Source of the DNA: a virus
Taxonomy: Duplodnaviria > Caudoviricetes
Strand: one strand, 5' to 3'
Length of the DNA: 51,001 nt
Virus record (IMG/VR): IMGVR_UViG_3300042874_000108
Location: 1 to 51,001 of that record
Part shown: positions 45,357 to 51,001 of the stretch, piece after piece
How positions within the stretch are numbered: position 1 is the stretch's first letter
Layout: each line of letters begins with the position of its first letter
Program-made: the position numbers and the translations under genes
Notes under the pieces: model-generated
Database searches by the model: none
Told to the model about the DNA's origin: nothing
The model's input: only the letters and a program-made list of their open reading frames with translations

Positions 45357-46094
45357 TTAGTCAACAACGCGGTGGGTAGTGGCAACCTTGCCCTTTTCTG
45401 TAGCGGACAGGGCATCGAAGGCCGCGCGGCGGATCGTCTTGCCGCCCCCCGCGCCGCCGGCGCCGTCGCCAGCGGGGCTGCCGGAGCTACCCGAGGGGAA
45501 CCAGTGCGGCTTGGTCTCGACCCGCTGCGCCATCCACTCGTCGGGGCTGAACGGGGTCTTGCCGTTCTTGCCCAGCACCACCTCGCCATCTTTGATCTGC
45601 ACGGGGTTGCCTTCGTCGTCCAGCGTAAAGTCCAGGCGGGCGGCCAGCAGGGCGTCCTCAATCGCGTGCTTGTGGACGCCGGCGTTGATCGCCGCCGCGC
45701 GGATCGAGTCATTGAGCACACGTTGGGCGAACTTCCCGTTCTTGGCCTTCTCGGCTTCGAGCGCCTCCTGCGCCACCTTGGCCTGCTTGCCGGCGTCTTC
45801 GAGGAACTTGGCGTTGCGGCGCGAGAGCACCTCGTCGATCTTGCCGTCCTTGATGAGTTTCAAGTCCTCGCTGTCCTTGAACTGCGCGTGGAACGACTTG
45901 AGCTCGTCCACGTCAAGGCCGTCGAAGGCTTTGGCCTTGTCCGCCAACGCTTGCTTCTCAGCCTTGAGGGCGGCGTTGGTGGCTTTGAGGCCGGAGGTGG
46001 CGGCATCGACCGCATCCTGGATTTGCCTGGCGATGTCCGGTGCGCCACCAGCGTCGTCGGGGTTTTGGTCGCGGAGTACGTGTTTCAGCTTCAT
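45357..46094 (-). CDS. Capsid scaffolding protein
   Basis: Coiled coil then KPHWFP.GSSG; AGGAGG RBS; between portal and capsid. Confidence 0.8.
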   Translation of the reverse strand: MKLKHVLRDQNPDDAGGAPDIARQIQDAVDAATSGLKATNAALKAEKQALADKAKAFDGLDVDELKSFHAQFKDSEDLKLIKDGKIDEVLSRRNAKFLEDAGKQAKVAQEALEAEKAKNGKFAQRVLNDSIRAAAINAGVHKHAIEDALLAARLDFTLDDEGNPVQIKDGEVVLGKNGKTPFSPDEWMAQRVETKPHWFPSGSSGSPAGDGAGGAGGGKTIRRAAFDALSATEKGKVATTHRVVD

Positions 46095-46115
46095 TTTTCC
46101 CTCCTGGGAAGTTGG

Positions 46116-47540
46116 TTATGGGCGGCTCCTGCTGCCCAGGTTGTCGGGGGGCGGTGCGATCTTGCTCTCCTCCTCTTCCCACATGGCGTCAGGCGAGTAG
46201 ACCTCGCCCTTCTGCAACATCTTGAAGCGGGTCTCGGCGCTGATGGCTCCCGCCTGCCACGAGGCGACGATGGCGTTCATCATCTCGGGTTCGAGCGGGG
46301 CGTGGAAGAACTCACGGTTGAGGGCGAACACCACACTGCTGTCGTCCTCGCCCGTCCAGCGCACGAAAGTCTTGAGCGCCTGGGTGATGCCGGTGCTGAT
46401 GGCCGAGGCCATGCTGGCGAGGATGGACTGCTCGCCCGATCGGTGGATGAGCGCAGTCTCGGCGGCTTCGATGCCGGGCTTCTGTACCTCCAGCAGCCGC
46501 GCGCCAAGAATGACCATCTGCGCCTCTTTGCGGTCGAGGTTCTTCTCCAGTGCCGCGAACCCGTGTGTGCCAACCTCCAGCATCATGGCCTTGGCGGCGG
46601 GATTGGGGAGCACGATGGCGTCAGGCCCGCCTACTTTGAGCACGTCGCCCTGCTTGGTCATGTGCCCCGTGATGACCGGTGTGGGCAGCCCCGACCAGTG
46701 ACACCCGTGCTCGTAGTCGGCGGTTAGCTGGTAGTGGGCAAGGTTGATGTCGATCAGGTCAATGAACACAGGTTCGTCAACCTCGGGCGACACGTCATCG
46801 GTCGAGAGGAAGTAGAACGGTATGTAGTCGAGCGGCTTGCCGGCCATGAGCGGCACCCACGTTCCCTCAAGCACGTCGTTCTCCCCGCCTCTCACGTCGG
46901 TCTCGGTACGGAACAAGCGGACGCGGTAGACGTGCTGGCCGTTCTCTGCCGGCACGAGGTCAAGCACCCGGTAGCGCGGCTCCATCCTGCTGGTGAACTC
47001 GTCCTCGATGATCTCAACGGCTTCCTTGAGCCGCACCTGGCTTAGCTGGGTCTTGTTGTTGATGCGCTCTTCACGCCAGTTGTAGATGTCCTCGGCCTTG
47101 CGCACCTGGATTGACGGACGCAGGTTGAGCCGCGCGGCGTCGGCTTGCGTCATGCCCGGCTCGGCGGGCGGGTAGTTGACCCAAAGGCCGACGCGCGACA
47201 CCTCAAGACACTCCTCAGTCACCTCCAGCGCCAGCATCCGCAACGAGACGCCCGAGGCGGTCACATCCTCCATGAGCGGCACGACCGAGGGCGGCACTAC
47301 AATGACGGCGGGCTTGCGGAACAGAAGCCCCTGGAAACCCATTATGGTGCGCCAGGTAGCGTTGAACAGGGTGGTGCGCCCGAGGCGGGCAGTGTAGGAG
47401 GCGAGGTCTTCCCCGGCGAGGCGCGGCAGGTATCGGACCCCCCTCTCGCGCAACTTGCGAGTGCCGTCGGCTACATCCCGGCACGTCTCCCAGGTATCTG
47501 CGATCTCGTCGTACTCGGGGTGAGTGCTGGTTACGCTCAT
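46116..47540 (-). CDS. Portal protein (DUF4055)
   Basis: HPEY...YLPR...Y..RL....FN.T.RT; N.AHYQ..ADY. Confidence 0.88.
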   Translation of the reverse strand: MSVTSTHPEYDEIADTWETCRDVADGTRKLRERGVRYLPRLAGEDLASYTARLGRTTLFNATWRTIMGFQGLLFRKPAVIVVPPSVVPLMEDVTASGVSLRMLALEVTEECLEVSRVGLWVNYPPAEPGMTQADAARLNLRPSIQVRKAEDIYNWREERINNKTQLSQVRLKEAVEIIEDEFTSRMEPRYRVLDLVPAENGQHVYRVRLFRTETDVRGGENDVLEGTWVPLMAGKPLDYIPFYFLSTDDVSPEVDEPVFIDLIDINLAHYQLTADYEHGCHWSGLPTPVITGHMTKQGDVLKVGGPDAIVLPNPAAKAMMLEVGTHGFAALEKNLDRKEAQMVILGARLLEVQKPGIEAAETALIHRSGEQSILASMASAISTGITQALKTFVRWTGEDDSSVVFALNREFFHAPLEPEMMNAIVASWQAGAISAETRFKMLQKGEVYSPDAMWEEEESKIAPPPDNLGSRSRP

Positions 47541-47604
47541 TCGGGATGCTCGGCTTGGGTAGCTGATGCGCGCACGGTATCTGCTTTGCCTAACTGCGTC
47601 AACC

Positions 47605-50118
47605 TCATAACCCCATCACCTTCAACATCTGCGTCTCTCTCGGTTCCAGCAGGCGGCGGAAGGCTCGCCCCATAGCGTCCACGATATCGTCGTGCGTCTC
47701 GTTCGGGAAGCCATCAAGCTCCTTTAGGGCCGCGTCATTCCAGGCCCCTCGGACGAAGTCAACGTTGCCGACGTTGACTTGCGATGCGAACGGCTCTGCC
47801 CGTGTCACCTTGTCCCCCGACTCCGTGCTGGTCCTGACCCGCATCCCCGCCATCTTGCTGACGAAGTATTGGACTTGGTGCTTGCCAGCCTGGCCGGGGT
47901 CTTGCGGGATGTCCTGCTCCACGCCGAACCCGTCGTTGCCCGCCGTGCGTACCAGCAACTCCTCGACCTCGTGGGGTTTGCCGCGCATTCGCACCATCCC
48001 CGTGACCACGAACCGCCCGCCCTGCGTGCGCCCCATCCGGGCGCCCACCGTCCAGTCCGGCTCCCTGCCAGGCTTCTCGGGGTCAAATTCAGTGCCTGCG
48101 AAATCCCACCCGCGTACCTCGGTCAAGTCGGCTGGCGCGGCGTCGATGATGCTGACCTTGTTGCTGGTGAACACACCGCCTTCCCGCGCCCTCCGGGGCT
48201 TGCCTCCCCAGATGTGCTCGTATTTCCCGGGGTTATTGATGCGCATCTTCTCGGCCTGCACCAGCGCCTCGGCGGACAGAAGGGGGTTGTCGAGGTAGCT
48301 CACCTCCACCAGCGTCGTGTCGTAGTCCGCCCCGCCCACGTAGTTCCGGTAGGTATAGTCGTCCTCCATGCCGGTGTTGAAACTCAGCCACATTTCGCTG
48401 CCGCTGGCCCGGATGGTCGGCTCCAGCGTGTCCCATGAATCCTCTGTGACGCTCACGGCTTCCTCGACCCAGCAGATTTTCGCCCCCTCGAACGATTTGA
48501 TGTCCTGTATGTTGTGAAGCCCACGGAAAGCGAACTCACTGCCCGTCAGCTTGCAGCGGATAGCGTTCACCAACACCTCAAAATGGTCAGACAGCCCCAG
48601 CACGTCGATCTTGTCCGCGATCACCTTGAGCACCGAGTCCGCCATTGACGACTGAATCTGCCGGCAGCACAGGATGGTAATTTTCTCCTGCATCGCGCGC
48701 ATCACCGCCGCCACCGCGAATTGGTGCGAGTTGTGGGTGACTGTGAAATCCTCCAGGAAGAACAGGTGGTCTCCGTCCAGTTCAAAGCCGAAGTAGTCCC
48801 CCTCCCCCAAGTCTTCGAGGTCAATCCCCCCTCGCCGCCAGTCTTTATTCTTGCCCCCTTCGACCACCCGCTTTCGTGCCACTTTGCACGGTATCCGCCA
48901 CACGTCGCCGTCAATGCTCAGGCTCCAGGCTTCGCAAACCTTCCCATTGTTGGTGCAGGTTGCGTCAGCTCTCCGAAAGTTCGTCTTGAATCCCAGGCTG
49001 TCCGCAACAAACTTCACTTGTCGCAGCAGTTCCCCGTTTTTCTGGACGATCTTGATCCCGTTGTGGCGAACGTGGCCATCGGAGTCAACCATGCCGGCCA
49101 GCAGCCGCAACCGCTGATCCCCGCTCCCGGTACGGTACTCAAACGGCAGGCTCTTGCTGCCGAGCACCCCCAGTCCGCGCAGCTTCCGGTTAACCTCGTT
49201 CACTTGTTTGTCGCCTTTTCGGCTCACGATCCGGTAAATCGCCGCTTTCCCGCCGGGCTTGCGGCTGGACTCGACTCGCATCCCCTGGGACTCTGCGAAC
49301 TCTGTGAGGTAGTCCGCTATCTCCTGGTCGGCTGAAGTGACCGCCGCGCGTACAGAGTCCCCGTCCCCCAGCCACAGGCCGAGGAAGTACGGGTCGAGAG
49401 GCAGCTCCTTCTCGCTGAAGAACCCCTCGCCCTTGAACCCGAAAAAGTTTGCCCTGAACCGCTTGCTCTTCCCCGCGAAGTCCCTGGCTGAGATCAGCGA
49501 GGGGTCGTCTCCCCACTTGGCGTAACGACCGTTTGCCCGCTGCGGGTTTCCCGCTGAAGAGAAGTGACCGAAGTCTTCACGGGCCGCCTTTGAGCGAGTC
49601 AAGGCCAGAACGTGATCCTCGTTCACAATGTAGTCTTCCCCCGACTTCTGCCTGACCCGGAACAGCTTGCTGCGGCCCTGGGTGGTGCTCAGCACCGTGC
49701 GCGGCGTGCCATCGACACCCAAGAGTTGTTCCCCCTCGCGGACGTCCTCGACTGCGCGCAGCGATCCGTCAAGCATCACCACCTGAGTCCCCCTGCCCAG
49801 GCACTTCGCCCCGCCCCGACCGCCGTAGTAGACGTAGTACCGCGTCCTGGCGTGCCCAGCCTCCGCGATCAGGTCGAGTGGTACGGGTGTCCCGCCCTCA
49901 AACCACCCCGCGTCGGTCTGGTACAGCCCCGCCCGGTACTCCGCATCCTCGACCGCCCGTATCGCCCACAGGCGGTCAGCCGGTTTGCCGTCCGTGTAAC
50001 AGACAGTCTTGTGGTCTCGGGCAATTACCGCCTTGCCGCCTGTTGTCAGCGTTGGCGTCCTGGCCGGCGCGAACAATGGAATGAACTTCTCGTTGGGTAT
50101 CTCAAGCGGGCGGGGCAT
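47605..50118 (-). CDS. terL: Terminase large subunit, intein-containing
   Basis: YGGRGGAK|S Walker A, WVEEA Walker B, PTIR..GSE.W.SFN, C-terminal nuclease HDDIVDA. Confidence 0.92.
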   Translation of the reverse strand: MPRPLEIPNEKFIPLFAPARTPTLTTGGKAVIARDHKTVCYTDGKPADRLWAIRAVEDAEYRAGLYQTDAGWFEGGTPVPLDLIAEAGHARTRYYVYYGGRGGAKCLGRGTQVVMLDGSLRAVEDVREGEQLLGVDGTPRTVLSTTQGRSKLFRVRQKSGEDYIVNEDHVLALTRSKAAREDFGHFSSAGNPQRANGRYAKWGDDPSLISARDFAGKSKRFRANFFGFKGEGFFSEKELPLDPYFLGLWLGDGDSVRAAVTSADQEIADYLTEFAESQGMRVESSRKPGGKAAIYRIVSRKGDKQVNEVNRKLRGLGVLGSKSLPFEYRTGSGDQRLRLLAGMVDSDGHVRHNGIKIVQKNGELLRQVKFVADSLGFKTNFRRADATCTNNGKVCEAWSLSIDGDVWRIPCKVARKRVVEGGKNKDWRRGGIDLEDLGEGDYFGFELDGDHLFFLEDFTVTHNSHQFAVAAVMRAMQEKITILCCRQIQSSMADSVLKVIADKIDVLGLSDHFEVLVNAIRCKLTGSEFAFRGLHNIQDIKSFEGAKICWVEEAVSVTEDSWDTLEPTIRASGSEMWLSFNTGMEDDYTYRNYVGGADYDTTLVEVSYLDNPLLSAEALVQAEKMRINNPGKYEHIWGGKPRRAREGGVFTSNKVSIIDAAPADLTEVRGWDFAGTEFDPEKPGREPDWTVGARMGRTQGGRFVVTGMVRMRGKPHEVEELLVRTAGNDGFGVEQDIPQDPGQAGKHQVQYFVSKMAGMRVRTSTESGDKVTRAEPFASQVNVGNVDFVRGAWNDAALKELDGFPNETHDDIVDAMGRAFRRLLEPRETQMLKVMGL
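48730..49803 (-). mobile_element. Intein with LAGLIDADG homing endonuclease (358 aa)
   Basis: CLGRGTQV...NEDH.L...LGLWLGDG...LAGMVDSDG...VTHN followed by Ser. Confidence 0.93.
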
Positions 50119-50632
50119 CGTGATCGTAGGTCTGGCCGGTGGCAACTGTGGCCGCCCCATGCACCACCAACACAAACTGGGGTGGCGGGGCGCTTGTTGG
50201 GGCCGCTGCGTCGTCAACGGGAGCCTTCTCCCGGTACCTGGCGTTGCGCTGGCCCGCCTTGCGCATCAGAAAGTCAGCTTGCAGCTTGGCCAGCGCCACC
50301 TGGGCGGCAGTCACAGTTTCGTAGTCCAGCGCCTCGATCTTCGCCTCGGCCCTATCCGTCAGCGCCTCGGCGCTCCGCTGGTAGGCCAGCGCGTACAACT
50401 CCCGATCCGCCGACTGCAACAGGTAATTCGTCAGCGTTCCCCGGTCAATGCCCAACGTCCCGGCGATGGCCGCGTGACTGTGGCCGTTCGAGATCATCTC
50501 CAGCAAGCTCTCCGTCCCAAACGCCTCCAACACATCCCGTTGCCGGGGAGCCACGGGCAGTTCGAGCCTGTGTGACTTGGTGGCCAGCAGATTACTCACG
50601 GATACCCCCATTTGTCCCTGCATGATCGGCAC
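50102..50632 (-). CDS. terS: Terminase small subunit (start uncertain)
   Basis: N-terminal HTH, YALAYQ..AE.L, AKLQAD...RY.EK; immediately upstream of terL. Confidence 0.7.
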   Translation of the reverse strand: MPIMQGQMGVSVSNLLATKSHRLELPVAPRQRDVLEAFGTESLLEMISNGHSHAAIAGTLGIDRGTLTNYLLQSADRELYALAYQRSAEALTDRAEAKIEALDYETVTAAQVALAKLQADFLMRKAGQRNARYREKAPVDDAAAPTSAPPPQFVLVVHGAATVATGQTYDHDAPPA

Positions 50633-50704
50633 ATTCCATCAATCCTCCGCTGGGTCAGCAGGCCGCAACGGGCGCAACGTGTTCCTTTGAACTTCATGGG
50701 CGCG

Positions 50705-50805
50705 AGTATAGGGCCTCTCCGGGTTTCGTCAAGTTCCTCGTCAGCACGGGCTTCGTCAAGTTACTCGTCAGCATAGGGGCTCTCCGGGTTTCGTCAAGTT
50801 ACTCG
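50705..50805 (-). promoter_or_regulatory. Tandem sigma70-like late promoters within three direct repeats
   Basis: Minus strand TTGACG-N16-TATACT (50732-50705) and TTGACG-N16-TATGCT (50797-50770); repeats at 50720-50746, 50747-50773, 50785-50805. Confidence 0.65.
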
Positions 50806-50886
50806 GCGCTAACTTTTGGAATTTTTCATTTTTATAAAAACTCGCGCGGAGGGGGTGCGCTGTGTTGCCTCGGGGGTCCTGGCGTC

Positions 50887-51001
50887 GCCCTGCCCTGCCC
50901 TGCCCTGCCCTGCCCTGCCCTGCCCTGCCCTGCCCTGCCCTGCCCTGCCCTGCCCTGCCCTGCCCTGCCCTGCCCTGCCCTGCCCTGCCCTGCCCTGCCC
51001 T
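50887..51001. repeat. Right-end perfect pentanucleotide repeat (GCCCT)23
   Basis: Runs to the end of the window. Confidence 0.95.

Noticed and set aside
44124-46727. Long + strand ORFs (380, 475 and 273 aa)
   Set aside because: Antisense to capsid, scaffold and portal genes; expected from high-GC codon bias
1-51001. Integrase, tRNA genes, host flanking DNA or a head morphogenesis (Mu gpF-like) gene
   Set aside because: None recognised by eye; a tRNAscan and HMM search would be needed to confirm absence

Overview
The window looks like a near-complete, GC-rich, ~51 kb tailed phage genome (siphovirus; host probably a beta- or gammaproteobacterium, which is inference). Both ends stop in tandem repeats. 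Left to right: a four-HTH regulator and a sigma54-type enhancer/IHF/promoter block ahead of small early genes (0.9-6.3 kb, +); a leftward primase-helicase, methyltransferase, VRR-NUC and SF2 helicase operon (6.3-13.2 kb); a rightward replication operon with Cas4-like DUF2800 nuclease, SSB and family A DNA polymerase (13.2-22.4 kb); and a leftward late operon with terminase (intein), portal, capsid, tail, lysis and accessory virion genes (22.4-50.6 kb). I saw no integrase, tRNA or CRISPR array. The strongest candidate for a new system is at 17.6-18.9 kb. It is a structured non-coding array of GCA-NN pentamer tracts separated by conserved hairpins, directly upstream of a stand-alone Cas7/RAMP-like gene and a coupled accessory gene. 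This suggests a phage RNA-guided system resembling VIPR but with a GCA rather than GGY constant triplet. Other notable signals are the host-activator-type sigma54 enhancer, integron attC-like sites bracketing small genes, a stand-alone MutS domain I, a split tail-tip gene and the terminal repeats. All product calls come from motif recognition by eye; no database searches were run.
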